A stretch of DNA of 64,000 nucleotides from an uncultured Candidatus Saccharibacteria bacterium (GCA_964496425.1 CAZBZO010000002.1:130450-194449); one strand, 5' to 3'. Numbered from the stretch's first letter, positions 46,687 through 57,507 are shown. Numbers and translations: made by a program. Notes: generated by a model from the letters alone, not told the origin.

Positions 46687-47202
46687 CTAGAGATCGGAAG
46701 AGCGATCTTCGCGTATAGTTTCTTTTTTGTGCGTAGGAATATCTGTTTGGAATTTCTTGATGTATTCCTCCACAAACCACAGTACAGTGAAGACAAAAAG
46801 CATAAGCAAAGTCGCGGTGATACTCAAAGAGTAAAGTCCAAAGCCAGTCGCCATACCGATACCGGCACAGACCCAAATGCTTGTAGCTGTTGTGACACCA
46901 GTGAGAGTATGGTCATGCCAGATCATAAGACCTGCACCAAGGAAACCAATACCGGAGACAATAGCAGCTGGTATTTGAAAAATATTTGAGTCCATAAATC
47001 CTTCTCCGAGAGCAATCTTTGCTGTGGCTTGTGAGATGACTACAAAAAGTGCAGCGCCCATAGAAACGAGCGCGTAGGTGCGCATACCCGCAGTCTTGTG
47101 CGCCAAAATGCGTTCTATACCGATCACCATACCAAGTAGCATAGCAAGTCCGAGCTTCATCAATGGCTCAAGATATGGATGCGAAAGAAAAAGTTGTTCC
47201 AT
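46687..47202 (-). CDS. MgtC/SapB family protein
   Basis: IGIER...AGMRT, IVSGIGFLGAG, TTATSIW. Confidence 0.9.
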   Translation of the reverse strand: MEQLFLSHPYLEPLMKLGLAMLLGMVIGIERILAHKTAGMRTYALVSMGAALFVVISQATAKIALGEGFMDSNIFQIPAAIVSGIGFLGAGLMIWHDHTLTGVTTATSIWVCAGIGMATGFGLYSLSITATLLMLFVFTVLWFVEEYIKKFQTDIPTHKKETIREDRSSDL

Positions 47203-47283
47203 AATATAAGTATAACAAATATATAAAAAAATACAGTCGATTGAATTAACAATCGACTGGTGGGTAATTTGAAAGCTTTTGCT

Positions 47284-47739
47284 TTACGCATGGCTGAGTG
47301 ACTCATTTCTCATTGCCAATAAAGTATCGCGAGCAGGGGTATCAGAAGAAAAAAGTGATATAAGCGCACTCAAAATTCCTTCGCAAGGGATATTTTTTTC
47401 TATCGATGAAAAAATTTTTTCCTTTGTGACAATTCTCCACTTTATAGTCCGATCTTCCCTATAATCTTCCATCAACCACCCGAGTTCAACATTTTTCATT
47501 TTATAAGCTTCGAATGCTATATCTTTTAATTCGCCGCTCCGCTGAGAATAGACTTTAAACAACCTGCTTACAGGCAAATCTCGCATAAATGTAATATTCA
47601 GGCGATATTCAAAATACAAAAAGGAAATAGCCTCAACAAAATCTCCTCCCTTTAGTGCAATGGTGTGCTGCACTTCTGCTTGAAAATAATGATGTAAAGG
47701 TCCAGTTAATCTTGATTTTAGAAGTTGCAATTTTTTCAT
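47284..47739 (-). CDS. Hypothetical protein (ORFan)
   Basis: Own TTGACA-17-CATACT promoter; terminator CAGTCGATTG/CAATCGACTG. Confidence 0.65.
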   Translation of the reverse strand: MKKLQLLKSRLTGPLHHYFQAEVQHTIALKGGDFVEAISFLYFEYRLNITFMRDLPVSRLFKVYSQRSGELKDIAFEAYKMKNVELGWLMEDYREDRTIKWRIVTKEKIFSSIEKNIPCEGILSALISLFSSDTPARDTLLAMRNESLSHA

Positions 47740-47870
47740 TGCTTTAGATTTTTTTTGTTAACGAAATGTTCAAAATCAATCGAGTATGCCAAAAAAATGT
47801 ATCTGTGTCAATAAAAAAACAGCCTTACCAATAATTGGTAAGGCGTTATATTGTATCTATCTTTTATGTT

Positions 47871-48836
47871 TCAAGCCGAACTAAGTTCGGCTCCAGAATT
47901 TTCGGTCGTGTCAGTTATTGCTTGAACCTCTATCGGTTCAATATTTTTCCCTATTTCTTCTTTGTCTGTATTTTCTTTATCCCTTAATGGCTCAAGTTCT
48001 TTAGGACTCTTTAAACTACAGATCCCAAAAACAACAGCTAAAGCAAGTATTACAGCTACTACTGCTATTACTAACCAATCATCGGATTTTAAATCCGATC
48101 CAATGAGGGAGTAATCGAAATTTTTTCCTCCTCCACCTTTGGCAAAAGTTTGACTTCCTAACATCAGAAATAAAATTGTTGATGCCGAAATAAGAACTAA
48201 TTTTTTTTGAGATGAAATAGCGAACCCATTTCCATTTCGTAAGTTTTCTAACTTTTCGTCTGTTTCTTCTTCTTGTTGTGCTGCTAAAATTTCTTTTTGG
48301 TTTCTTAAATCGTTTCTCCAACCCCAACTTATGAGATCAGTGCAGGCAATTAGTAGAATAAGAACAAGCGTAATAATTTCCTTCCCTGAAAGTTCATTCT
48401 TCACAGGTATTGAAAGCATTCCACTAGCCTTACTCCCAATCATCGGACTTTCCATAGCGAGTCCGACACCGTAATCATCTAATGAAGTACTTTGAGAATT
48501 TACTGAATCAGTTTTATTATTATCCTTTGCCCACAGCGCCCAGATAAAAATATTTACTGATTTGTCACCGGTTTTTACAACGCGATTCACAGTGACTTCG
48601 CTTGTGGAAATCAATAAATGTTGTTCGGGATCAATATCTTTTGGATCATTAACGCCGCAGTTCCTGAATTGTAGTTTTCCCTCGGGCGAATTAATAATCC
48701 TCAAAGCCTGTGCTTCATACTGCGCACGTATTTTCGGAGTGATTTTAATTTCCTCCGTTTGCGTAGCAGCAGAAACAGTAAAAGAGAAGAAAGAAAAAAT
48801 TAATGAAAAAAGAGTAATCAGGAGTGAATTTTTCAT
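47871..48836 (-). CDS. Hypothetical exported/membrane protein (ORFan)
   Basis: Signal peptide plus three hydrophobic segments; own TTGACA-17-TAGTAT promoter. Confidence 0.65.
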   Translation of the reverse strand: MKNSLLITLFSLIFSFFSFTVSAATQTEEIKITPKIRAQYEAQALRIINSPEGKLQFRNCGVNDPKDIDPEQHLLISTSEVTVNRVVKTGDKSVNIFIWALWAKDNNKTDSVNSQSTSLDDYGVGLAMESPMIGSKASGMLSIPVKNELSGKEIITLVLILLIACTDLISWGWRNDLRNQKEILAAQQEEETDEKLENLRNGNGFAISSQKKLVLISASTILFLMLGSQTFAKGGGGKNFDYSLIGSDLKSDDWLVIAVVAVILALAVVFGICSLKSPKELEPLRDKENTDKEEIGKNIEPIEVQAITDTTENSGAELSSA

Positions 48837-48957
48837 AACCTTTTGGTTTTTAATGAAATTATTACAGGTATACTACTACATTATAGGATTTTGTCAAGCC
48901 CTTACTTCTCAAGGGCGAAAAGCCTCAAAGGTCTTCGAGGTATATAAAAAATAGAAT

Positions 48958-50085
48958 CTAGGCGACAATTCCCCCACCGAGGCAGGCAGTATTGTCGTAA
49001 ATGACGATTGATTGGCCTGGGGCAACTAGTATAGGGGTTTTAAATACGAGCGTCGCTGTAGAGTTTTTTAAATCTTCTATCTCTACAGAAATATACTCTC
49101 CATGGTATCGGATTTGCGCTTTATATTTTTTGCCGATTAAAGGCTCCGTACTGATCCAATTACACTCTTTGAGACCGACAGCTTTCACTCCTTTGCCAAC
49201 ACTGGTCGCTGTATTCACTTCCACTTTATGCGAAACCGTAACAGTATTTTTTTTCACATCTTTCGCTATGACGTAGTATGGACTATCAGAAGCTGACTTC
49301 TTCGTAATCATAAATCCATGGCGTTCACCAAGAGTAAGAAATACAGCTCCATCATGACTCCCAATGACATCGTTATTTTCATTGAGCACCACACCTAGTG
49401 TGGACGCAATATAATGTTTCAAAAAATCTTTCATATCAAGTGGTCCGAGGAAACACACACCTTGGCTATCTTTCTTTGTCGCGGTAGGTAAATTGAATTT
49501 TTCTGCAAGTTTGCGTACTTGTGATTTTTTCAAATGCCCGATCGGGAAAAGCGTACGAGCAAGTTTTTCTTGCGTGAGTGTCCAGAGAAAATAGCTCTGA
49601 TCTTTTTTAGCGTCTTTTGAAATATTAAGTGTAAAGAGTGGGGTATTTTTTTGTATCGAATGTTTTGCGCTATGCGTTGTGCGTTGCGGGATTTTTTGCG
49701 CATAATGTCCTGTCGCGACAAAGTCTGCTCCTTTTTTCATTGCAAAATCGTAAAATACTCCAAACTTCACTTCCCTGTTGCACATCACATCGGGATTCGG
49801 CGTACGGCCCTCGCGGTATTCACTGATCATATAGTCTGCGACATTTTTTTTATAGGCTTCTAGAGCATCGCATTCAAGAAACGGTATACCGAGCGCAGCA
49901 CACACCCGCATAGCATCACGCCGTTCATCTCGCCACGTACAGTCGATAAAGTCTGGGGTCCAGGTACGGATAAATACACCGACAACTTCATAGCCTGCTG
50001 TTTGAAGCAATGCTGCTGAAACTGAGCTGTCTACCCCACCTGAGACGCCGACAAATACGACTGCTTTTTTACCTTTTATTTTCAT
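48958..50085 (-). CDS. mnmA: tRNA 2-thiouridylase
   Basis: SGGVDSS, TPNPDVMCN, ATGHYA, KDQSYFL, DSQGVCF. Confidence 0.96.
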   Translation of the reverse strand: MKIKGKKAVVFVGVSGGVDSSVSAALLQTAGYEVVGVFIRTWTPDFIDCTWRDERRDAMRVCAALGIPFLECDALEAYKKNVADYMISEYREGRTPNPDVMCNREVKFGVFYDFAMKKGADFVATGHYAQKIPQRTTHSAKHSIQKNTPLFTLNISKDAKKDQSYFLWTLTQEKLARTLFPIGHLKKSQVRKLAEKFNLPTATKKDSQGVCFLGPLDMKDFLKHYIASTLGVVLNENNDVIGSHDGAVFLTLGERHGFMITKKSASDSPYYVIAKDVKKNTVTVSHKVEVNTATSVGKGVKAVGLKECNWISTEPLIGKKYKAQIRYHGEYISVEIEDLKNSTATLVFKTPILVAPGQSIVIYDNTACLGGGIVA

Positions 50086-50124
50086 GAGCTCCTACTATAG
50101 CTATAAAACGAGCATACGCAAAGC

Positions 50125-50676
50125 CTACATGCTCATGAGCTTCTTGTAGAGCTCGAAGGTCGCACGCGAATCCGAGAGCGCAGTATGAGCGTTTTTATTT
50201 TCTATACCAAACTCCTGACAGAGCGCGGCGAGCGAAAAGCGATTGATATCTTCGTTGCCATGAAGCTTAGCAAATGCCATAGAGATTGTATCGAGTTTGT
50301 GGTAATGGAGAAGATTGGGCACCTGAGTATCACGAAAAGCTTTTTCAAGAAATAAAAAGTCGAATGCGACATTGTGTCCTACCATCACGGCCCCTTCTGT
50401 TTTCTTGGAAAATATCTGCATGGCTTCAGCGAGCGTATAGGCAAAGACCCACTGCGAGGGATCATAGTGATTGACTCGGAGCGCCACCGGGTCTGCATCT
50501 GCGATCCGCTCAGGCTTGATCTTGAGTTCAAATTCTTCGAGTACTTCGTATTCACTTTGACCCTCCTCGCTCTTATCCTGCGAGACAAGTACGACGCCAA
50601 TCTCGATGATTTCATGCATAAGAAAATCAAGCCCTGTCGTTTCAGTATCGATAAATGCAAGATTTTGTTTCTTCAT
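50125..50676 (-). CDS. DEDDh 3'-5' exonuclease (DnaQ-like)
   Basis: DTETTG, HNVAFD, HTALSD. Confidence 0.9.
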   Translation of the reverse strand: MKKQNLAFIDTETTGLDFLMHEIIEIGVVLVSQDKSEEGQSEYEVLEEFELKIKPERIADADPVALRVNHYDPSQWVFAYTLAEAMQIFSKKTEGAVMVGHNVAFDFLFLEKAFRDTQVPNLLHYHKLDTISMAFAKLHGNEDINRFSLAALCQEFGIENKNAHTALSDSRATFELYKKLMSM

Positions 50677-50677
50677 A

Positions 50678-51652
50678 TTATATCTTCGCGCGCAAAAGTT
50701 TTACCAAAGTGTCGCCAAACTCCTTGATGGAAGCGTCGTCATAGAGCGATATCGTAAAGACATGTGGAGAGAGTTTTTGGAATTTTTTAACCGCAGCGGT
50801 GATTTCTTTTTCTGTCACCAAATCACGCTTGGTAAGAATAATAATCTCTTCTTTTTCAAGAAGTGCTTTATCGTACGTATCGAGTTCTTTACGTACTGTT
50901 TTATAGGTCTTCATCATATCCTCGTTTTCAAACGAGACGAGGTGCGCAAGCATCCGAGTGCGCTTAATATGTCGAAGAAATTTGGTACCGAGTCCCTTGC
51001 CGCCGGACGCTCCCTCAATCAGCCCCGGAATATCTGCCAAGACAAAACCGTAGAAATCACCAAGGTTGGGGTCAAGAGTAGTAAACGGATAGGCGCCGAC
51101 ACGTGCTTCGGCTCGAGTAAGCATGTTCAAAAGACTTGATTTGCCGGCGTTTGGAAGTCCGATCAATCCGACATCCGCGAAAAGTTCGAGTTCTACGAAA
51201 AAGTCTGCTTCTTGTCCTGGCTTACCGAGAGTAAACTCTTTTGGCGATGTATTGGTCGAGCCTTTAAAATGTTCGTTGCCATGGCCACCCGTCCCCCCTT
51301 CCAAAAGTTTTATTTTTTGACCAACTTTATCGAGCGAATACTTTTCTGAAGTTGTGAGATTGTGGATGATTGAGCCGACAGGAAGTTTGATAGTCAAATC
51401 ATCACCATTGGCTCCATGGAGACTCATCGAACCTCCATCTTCCCCTTTTTCTGCCTCGAATGTGTGTTGGTGGCGATACTTGGCAAGGATATGAAGATCA
51501 TGAACTGCTTCTACAAAGAGATCGCCACCGCGACCAGCGTCACCGCCAGCAGGACCACCTTTGGGGATAAATTTCTCTTGGCGCCATCGAACAACCCCGG
51601 ATCCTCCGTCGCCTGCTTTTCCGTGAAATTTTATTTCGTCTATGAATGCCAT
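50678..51652 (-). CDS. obgE: GTPase Obg
   Basis: Gly-rich Obg fold, GLPNAGKSS, YPFTTL, DIPGLIEGA. Confidence 0.96.
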   Translation of the reverse strand: MAFIDEIKFHGKAGDGGSGVVRWRQEKFIPKGGPAGGDAGRGGDLFVEAVHDLHILAKYRHQHTFEAEKGEDGGSMSLHGANGDDLTIKLPVGSIIHNLTTSEKYSLDKVGQKIKLLEGGTGGHGNEHFKGSTNTSPKEFTLGKPGQEADFFVELELFADVGLIGLPNAGKSSLLNMLTRAEARVGAYPFTTLDPNLGDFYGFVLADIPGLIEGASGGKGLGTKFLRHIKRTRMLAHLVSFENEDMMKTYKTVRKELDTYDKALLEKEEIIILTKRDLVTEKEITAAVKKFQKLSPHVFTISLYDDASIKEFGDTLVKLLRAKI

Positions 51653-51691
51653 ATGGGTAGTAAGTAGTTAGTAATAATTAGTAAGTAGAAT

Positions 51692-52027
51692 TTAGTTGTG
51701 CATTTTAGGTCTTTCAAGATCAAGCGGATTGCCTTTATAAAGTACTTTGATATTATAAGGTTTCTTTAGATCTTGAGTATTCCCGTCTTTTGAAATTTCT
51801 ACATTAAAATATTGTTTATCTCCAGGGAATAACGTTAGGATCTTTTTCTCAATGCCATTTTTAAACATAACAGCATAGTCTTGATTGAGGCCGTTGAGCG
51901 ACCCGCGATAGTCTGTTAAGCCTTCAATAATTTTTTCTTCCGAAAGCTCCACGTGGGATTCTAAATCGTGGCTAATATTTGGAAGTTTGGGTATTTTGGG
52001 GCCGAAATCTGTTGATCCTAGTTTCAT
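51692..52027 (-). CDS. Hypothetical protein
   Basis: 111 aa ORF starting 1 nt after the MYG1 stop. Confidence 0.55.
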   Translation of the reverse strand: MKLGSTDFGPKIPKLPNISHDLESHVELSEEKIIEGLTDYRGSLNGLNQDYAVMFKNGIEKKILTLFPGDKQYFNVEISKDGNTQDLKKPYNIKVLYKGNPLDLERPKMHN

Positions 52028-52028
52028 A

Positions 52029-52943
52029 TTATTCTAAAAGTGCTTTCTCTGCTAATGCGACCGCGCCTTCTTTGCTATTGCTGACCACAAGGAAACGCCC
52101 ATTGTGACAAAAAACAGCATCTGGAACTCCAGTAACTTGTGCCAACGCCTCATCACGAAGTCCGGCCCAGGCTTTTGGAAAATCTTTGCGCAATTTGAAA
52201 CTTCCCTCATTGTCGTGGAGCATTGTCGCATGCCATTTTTCTCTCGTAATATGCGGGAACACAGCAATCAAAACATCAGGGTATGAAACAAGTGCCATCT
52301 GCAGTGGCACGCGACCATATGGTTTATCGAAGATGAGCATGCGCTTGTCAGATGCCTGCACATATGTTTCTTTTACCGCATCTTCTACTTCCATATTACT
52401 TTTTGCTGCAACGATAGCCCGTTTGAGAATCACTTTTGCCATACCGACCACAACAAGAAAATGCTCGTCATTCTTTTCTTCGACTTCATTCCAGTTGGCA
52501 TTGAAAATGCCGACGATAGTATGCATCGTAAGCGGCCAGATGTCCTTTCGGGTCGGCGTGAAAATATCTACGCCGTTATCAAACGCGTCGATCGGCTCCA
52601 CAATATGCTTCTCAAGTCGCACTGCGACGTCTTCGCTGCCTGACAATTCTTTACCATACTTTTTCCAGACGAGCCCAAACGCGGCATAGGGTATCCCATC
52701 TTCTCGAACCCCTCCACCACCTTCTTGATGGTGATCAAAACGGTTGGCTTCAGGGTCATACACGCCACCCACATCAAAGACAAAGTCTGCCCCTGCGATC
52801 ATTTCCTGATCCCGCGTACGGACGATTTCTACACTTCTGCCATCTCGCTCGAGCAAAAGCCCGAGCGTTGCAGCGGCAAACACATCGTCAGCATGGAAAC
52901 CGCCGTTGTGAGTCGCTAATTTTATTTTATTTATATCATTCAT
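52029..52943 (-). CDS. MYG1-family exonuclease
   Basis: THNGGFHADD, DVGG.YD...FDHHQ, WAGL, FCH. Confidence 0.92.
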   Translation of the reverse strand: MNDINKIKLATHNGGFHADDVFAAATLGLLLERDGRSVEIVRTRDQEMIAGADFVFDVGGVYDPEANRFDHHQEGGGGVREDGIPYAAFGLVWKKYGKELSGSEDVAVRLEKHIVEPIDAFDNGVDIFTPTRKDIWPLTMHTIVGIFNANWNEVEEKNDEHFLVVVGMAKVILKRAIVAAKSNMEVEDAVKETYVQASDKRMLIFDKPYGRVPLQMALVSYPDVLIAVFPHITREKWHATMLHDNEGSFKLRKDFPKAWAGLRDEALAQVTGVPDAVFCHNGRFLVVSNSKEGAVALAEKALLE

Positions 52944-52991
52944 GTTTTATATCTTTTTTCCCCGAGCTGTCGCTAGGCAGGTGCCCTCTAC

Positions 52992-53600
52992 TTACAGTAT
53001 ATCCTCTTCTCCGTATTGTTCAATGAATTGAAAAACGAAACTACAGAGACGTTCGAGTATAAAAAAACACACAGTAAAAGCAAGGACAATCAGGGTATAC
53101 TTCCGGAAATCCCGGCTGATGTTGAATGCCGCATAGCTGAAAAAATAACCGATTGAAAATAAGACTGGTACCCACACTGCAGAAGACAGTACTTCGGCTT
53201 TCATGTAAGTAGCAATATTAATACGCATGTAGCCTGAAAATATTAATGTGAGGTGATTGATACCGTAGACAAATTTGGAAATAAATATTGACCAAAATGG
53301 ACGCTCGATAAACTTTGGTAGAAAAAAGAGCACTTGACGCTTAAGATAGTTGAAAAATTTACTGCTTGGCCGTTTACGAAAAATAATAAACCCACCGTAA
53401 TACCACAAGAGTGCCTTCACGATGGCTCCAGCTCCACCCGCGACCAATGCCCATGGGCCAGAAAGAATGTGAAGGTTGGTAAATATACCTGCAAGTATCA
53501 AAGTAAATTCACCTTCCAAAATGACTCCAAAGAAAATGAGCCCATACGAAATCACCGCATGCTCAGCAGCGAGTTGTTGGAGCATAGCGATCATGTGCAT
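52992..53600 (-). CDS. DedA/VTT-family membrane protein
   Basis: LEGE..LILAG, SKFVYG, multiple TM. Confidence 0.8.
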   Translation of the reverse strand: MHMIAMLQQLAAEHAVISYGLIFFGVILEGEFTLILAGIFTNLHILSGPWALVAGGAGAIVKALLWYYGGFIIFRKRPSSKFFNYLKRQVLFFLPKFIERPFWSIFISKFVYGINHLTLIFSGYMRINIATYMKAEVLSSAVWVPVLFSIGYFFSYAAFNISRDFRKYTLIVLAFTVCFFILERLCSFVFQFIEQYGEEDIL

Positions 53601-53606
53601 AGTCGT

Positions 53607-53942
53607 TTAACCGAGCACTTTCTCTCCAATCCAGTTGAGTACTGAAACAATAAGCGCACCGAGAAATGCTGCCATAAAGTTTTCTACGCTAAATCCTGAG
53701 ATTAGTGCTGCAACAAACCAAAAGAAAAGAGCATTGATAACGAGTGAAAAAAGTCCGAGCGTAAGAATCGTCAGCGGTAAGGTCAGAATTTTCACAATCG
53801 GCTTGATGATGGTGTTGATAAACGCTAGCACCGCCGCCACAATCACCGCCGTAAGGACCGACTCCACGTGAATGCCAGGCACGACGTATTGTGATGCAAA
53901 CACCGCAACTGCCAATATAAGCCAATGGATAAGGATTTTCAT
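53607..53942 (-). CDS. YvlD/phage-holin-4 family membrane protein
   Basis: N.IIKPI..ILTLPLTILTLGLF.LVINA. Confidence 0.85.
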   Translation of the reverse strand: MKILIHWLILAVAVFASQYVVPGIHVESVLTAVIVAAVLAFINTIIKPIVKILTLPLTILTLGLFSLVINALFFWFVAALISGFSVENFMAAFLGALIVSVLNWIGEKVLG

Positions 53943-54364
53943 AATTGACTCTGATTCAAAATAAAATATTCTAATGCGAGATTTTTATCTTCACGATATA
54001 TACCTTTTTCTTCATCCTCTTCGAGGAAATATGAGAGTTTTTGTTTTTCAAAATTATGATGCGCTTCTGCAATAAATCCATGCACTTTTTTTTCAATTTC
54101 ACTTAGTTTGCTTTTCATCTCATTCAACAAATCAGCTTTGCTCGTCGTTTCAATTATTGTTCGAAATTTTTGGTTAATTTTTTCTATTTGTTCAATAAAT
54201 TCCTTTGGACTATTTTCCTGGTTTTTATCAACTTGCCCATATATGTCGATTTCTTGGTCTTTAGTAAAAGGTACGTTGAGTTCCGCAAGAAACCCCTCTA
54301 ATGATTCAGGAGGATTTTCATCAGAATCTCCAAGCTCAAAATTTTGTGGGTCTTTTTCTTGCAT
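53939..54364 (-). CDS. Hypothetical acidic protein
   Basis: 141 aa ORF overlapping or abutting both neighbours. Confidence 0.55.
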   Translation of the reverse strand: MQEKDPQNFELGDSDENPPESLEGFLAELNVPFTKDQEIDIYGQVDKNQENSPKEFIEQIEKINQKFRTIIETTSKADLLNEMKSKLSEIEKKVHGFIAEAHHNFEKQKLSYFLEEDEEKGIYREDKNLALEYFILNQSQL

Positions 54365-54368
54365 AAAA

Positions 54369-54824
54369 TTACTTTATCAAAGCATCGATACTTTCTTTTA
54401 CAAGAGTTCCATCCGCCTTTCCTTTTAATTCTTTCATGATCGCTCCGACAAACATGCCTTTTTTCGAAGCTTCAATCGGGCCTGAAGAAGCAATTTTTTC
54501 TTTTACAAATATTTCAACTTCTTCTCGTGTCATTTGTGTTGGCAAATACGTCTCAATGATCGCAAGCTGGGCACTTTCTTCGGCTACAAGATCTTCCCTG
54601 CCGCCTTTTTGAAATTGGTCGATCGAATCTTTGCGCTGTTTGGAAAGCCGAGTTATGACTGCGAGTGCTTCTTCGTCAGTGAGCTCTTCTTGAGGTTTGC
54701 GGCCTTTGGCCACCAAATCATTAGTAAACGCTGAAAGCATGCCACGGAGCACATCGAGACGCACTGCATCTTTGGCGCGCATAGCATCTTTGACCTGATC
54801 TTTGATCGTCGTTTGCAAGCTCAT
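54369..54824 (-). CDS. GatB/YqeY domain protein
   Basis: AMRAKD, KQRKDSI.QF..GGR.DL, YLP.QM. Confidence 0.92.
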   Translation of the reverse strand: MSLQTTIKDQVKDAMRAKDAVRLDVLRGMLSAFTNDLVAKGRKPQEELTDEEALAVITRLSKQRKDSIDQFQKGGREDLVAEESAQLAIIETYLPTQMTREEVEIFVKEKIASSGPIEASKKGMFVGAIMKELKGKADGTLVKESIDALIK

Positions 54825-54878
54825 ACGCGTATAATAGCATGAATAGCTATGGCTGTCTTCCTGTTATATACTTTTACT

Positions 54879-55703
54879 ATGTCCCAATATTACAATGCCA
54901 AACGGACTCGCAACCTCTTTGATCCTCATGGAAAAGAGACATTCCGTTTGTCTCGTTCAAAGATTGACCTCTTCACCCAATGCCCCCGCTGTTTCTATCT
55001 CGACATCCGCCTTGGCGTCGGCCGACCCGCTTCTTTTCCTCTTACCTTAAACAACGCTGTCGACGCGCTTATGAAAAAAGAGTTTGATATTCATCGGGCA
55101 GAGGCTACAAGTCATCCGATTATGCAAACATACAAAATTGACGCGGTGCCGTTTGCCGACCCACGTATGGAAGAATGGCGTGATGCGCTCCGTCGCGGCA
55201 TTAGCTTTCACCACAAGCCGACCAATCTGACGATACGAGGTGGAGTGGACGATGTCTGGGTGAAGCCTTCCGGCGAGCTGATCATCGTCGACTACAAAGC
55301 TACGTCAAGTGAAAAAGAAATCACGCTCGACGATGAATGGAAAATACAATACAAGCGGCAGATGGAAATCTACCAATGGCTCTTCCGGCAAAATGGTTTC
55401 AAGGTGTCAGACACCGGCTATTTTGTGTATGTAAATGGCAAGACGGACAAGAAGGCATTCGACGGAAAACTCGAGTTTGACGTAACCATCGTGCCATATA
55501 CGGGCAAGACTGACTGGATCGAACAAACGATCCTTGATGTGCATACTTGCCTCATGTCGGACTCACTCCCCCGTGCCAATCCGGAGTGTGATTATTGTTC
55601 CTATAGAAAGTCGGCGGGTGAGGTGTTAGGTAAGATGAAAAAAGAAACAAAACCAAAAACGAAAGATAGCGGCAGTGTGAAAACGCTATTTGATAATAAA
55701 TAA
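54879..55703 (+). CDS. PD-(D/E)XK nuclease (RecB/Cas4-like)
   Basis: LSRSKI...CPRCFY, GGVDD, VDYK, QMEIY, C-terminal CDYC. Confidence 0.85.
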   Translation: MSQYYNAKRTRNLFDPHGKETFRLSRSKIDLFTQCPRCFYLDIRLGVGRPASFPLTLNNAVDALMKKEFDIHRAEATSHPIMQTYKIDAVPFADPRMEEWRDALRRGISFHHKPTNLTIRGGVDDVWVKPSGELIIVDYKATSSEKEITLDDEWKIQYKRQMEIYQWLFRQNGFKVSDTGYFVYVNGKTDKKAFDGKLEFDVTIVPYTGKTDWIEQTILDVHTCLMSDSLPRANPECDYCSYRKSAGEVLGKMKKETKPKTKDSGSVKTLFDNK

Positions 55704-55764
55704 AAAGAAGCGCTCATGTGATCGATAGATCGGGCGCTTCTTATTGTTTGAGGTTTCGTTTGGG

Positions 55765-56130
55765 TTAATTTCCGTTAGTAGAATGATATTCGTAGTCATC
55801 GCCTAAGCTTTCGACAGCTACTGAGAGGTATTTTTCCCCATCAGACTTCAGCCAAAGTTTAAAATTGGACTCCAACCGGCTTTCAATATGAACATAATCA
55901 TTATCACCTTTCGCCTTACCGGCAGTAATGTTCAAAAGGATGAAATCAAATTTCCCTTTTAGGGTACTGAAATCTCCTTTCTCCACCAAAGTGCAGTCAC
56001 GGATTAGTTCATTTAGAAGTATGTTAATTTCTCTTAGTTCCTCAGTAGAAATTTTATTGTTCTTTTCACGCTCCAATAATTCCTCTACAAGGGGCGTTAG
56101 TCTGGGTAAATAAATTTTTAACTTTTTCAT
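55765..56130 (-). CDS. Hypothetical protein (ORFan)
   Basis: About 121 aa from MKKLK; TCGACA-17-TATAAT promoter. Confidence 0.6.
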   Translation of the reverse strand: MKKLKIYLPRLTPLVEELLEREKNNKISTEELREINILLNELIRDCTLVEKGDFSTLKGKFDFILLNITAGKAKGDNDYVHIESRLESNFKLWLKSDGEKYLSVAVESLGDDYEYHSTNGN

Positions 56131-56228
56131 AGCTATGTAGTTTAAGTGATGAATTTTAAGAATTATACCACGCAGTAAATATTTTGTCGAGCAGAACTTC
56201 ATTGAAAATATTATGCTAAAATACTCAT

Positions 56229-57281
56229 ATGCAAACTGCTCTCATTATCATTGTCGGCATCGTCTTTGGCCTCGCTGTGGGTTGGTTTTTTATGCGAAGG
56301 AAACCTGACGACGAAAAACCGAAAGACGACGGTGCATTACAGCTCCTCTTGGCCCAAATCAACGAACTCTCCCGGACAGTAGACACCAAACTCGGTGAGT
56401 CGCAAAAACAGGTCAACGACACTATCCGCTACCAGTCCGGCGAATCACAAAAAATCATCCGCGATATTACCGAACGCCTGACCCGACTCGATGAGACCAA
56501 CAAGCAAGTCATTTCATTCGCCGACCAACTTCAGAGTCTCCAAGACATACTGAAAAATCCGAAGCAACGCGGCGTGCTCGGCGAATACTACCTCGAAACA
56601 CTACTCAAAAATGTTTTGCCCACGGGCTCATACCAAATGCAGTATCCGTTTATAGATAACATCATTGTGGACGCGGTGGTATTTGTCAAAGACAAAATCA
56701 TTCCGATCGACTCGAAGTTTTCACTTGAAAATTACAACCGCCTGATCGAGGAGAAAAATCCTTCCGACCGTGATCGTCTCGAGAAAGTTTTTGTCAACGA
56801 TTTGAAAAATCGTATTGTTGAAACATCTAAGTATATATTGCCAGCCGAAGGCACCATGGACTTTGCCTTTATGTTTATCCCCCACGAAGCTATCTATTAT
56901 GATCTTTTGACCAATAAAGTTGGCGCTACGTCTGATGATAATGAAAACCTCATCCAGCGGGCCGCCGGCAAATACAAAGTAATCATTGTCTCCCCGACTT
57001 CATTCCTCGCGTATCTCCAGACCGTGCTCCAAGGACTGAAAGCCATGCAGATCGAAGAGAGTGCCAAAGAAATCATCAAAAAAGTCGGCGAGCTCGACAA
57101 ACACCTACGGGTCTACGGCGAATATCATACAAAGCTCGGCAATACGCTCGGCACGGCTGTAAGCCATTTTATGTCTTCTCAACGTGAGTATAAAAAAATA
57201 GACAAAGATATTTTGAAAATCACCGGCGCCTCAAGCGGTATCACCGAGCTCGTGCTTGAAAAACCAGCGGAGGAGGAATAA
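56229..57281 (+). CDS. rmuC: DNA recombination protein RmuC
   Basis: N-terminal TM, coiled coil, KQRGVLGE, IDSKF, DFAFMFIP.E, VSPTS. Confidence 0.92.
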   Translation: MQTALIIIVGIVFGLAVGWFFMRRKPDDEKPKDDGALQLLLAQINELSRTVDTKLGESQKQVNDTIRYQSGESQKIIRDITERLTRLDETNKQVISFADQLQSLQDILKNPKQRGVLGEYYLETLLKNVLPTGSYQMQYPFIDNIIVDAVVFVKDKIIPIDSKFSLENYNRLIEEKNPSDRDRLEKVFVNDLKNRIVETSKYILPAEGTMDFAFMFIPHEAIYYDLLTNKVGATSDDNENLIQRAAGKYKVIIVSPTSFLAYLQTVLQGLKAMQIEESAKEIIKKVGELDKHLRVYGEYHTKLGNTLGTAVSHFMSSQREYKKIDKDILKITGASSGITELVLEKPAEEE

Positions 57282-57327
57282 GGAAGCGGCTGTCTTTAAA
57301 AAGAAACAGCCGCTGGTTTATTATTTG

Positions 57328-57507
57328 TTACTTTTCCTCAATACGCGAGTAATAGTCCTCGTAATTGTAATGTTCGTCATCATGAAAATCATTAATAAAA
57401 TTTTCATCTACATTTTCGCTATTATTTTTTGACTTTTTGTTCTTTTTTTTTGTTTTCCCACTATTATCCCTTGGATTATTAGGTGGGTTATTCAGTTCAC
57501 TTTCCAT
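57328..57507 (-). CDS. Small charged hypothetical protein (59 aa)
   Basis: MESELNNPPNNPRDNSGKTKKKNKK...DDEHYNYEDYYSRIEEK*. Confidence 0.45.
   Translation of the reverse strand: MESELNNPPNNPRDNSGKTKKKNKKSKNNSENVDENFINDFHDDEHYNYEDYYSRIEEK

Noticed and set aside
42397-53942. Prophage (baseplate-J-like and holin-family genes)
   Set aside because: Both sit among housekeeping genes; no integrase, terminase, capsid or tail genes
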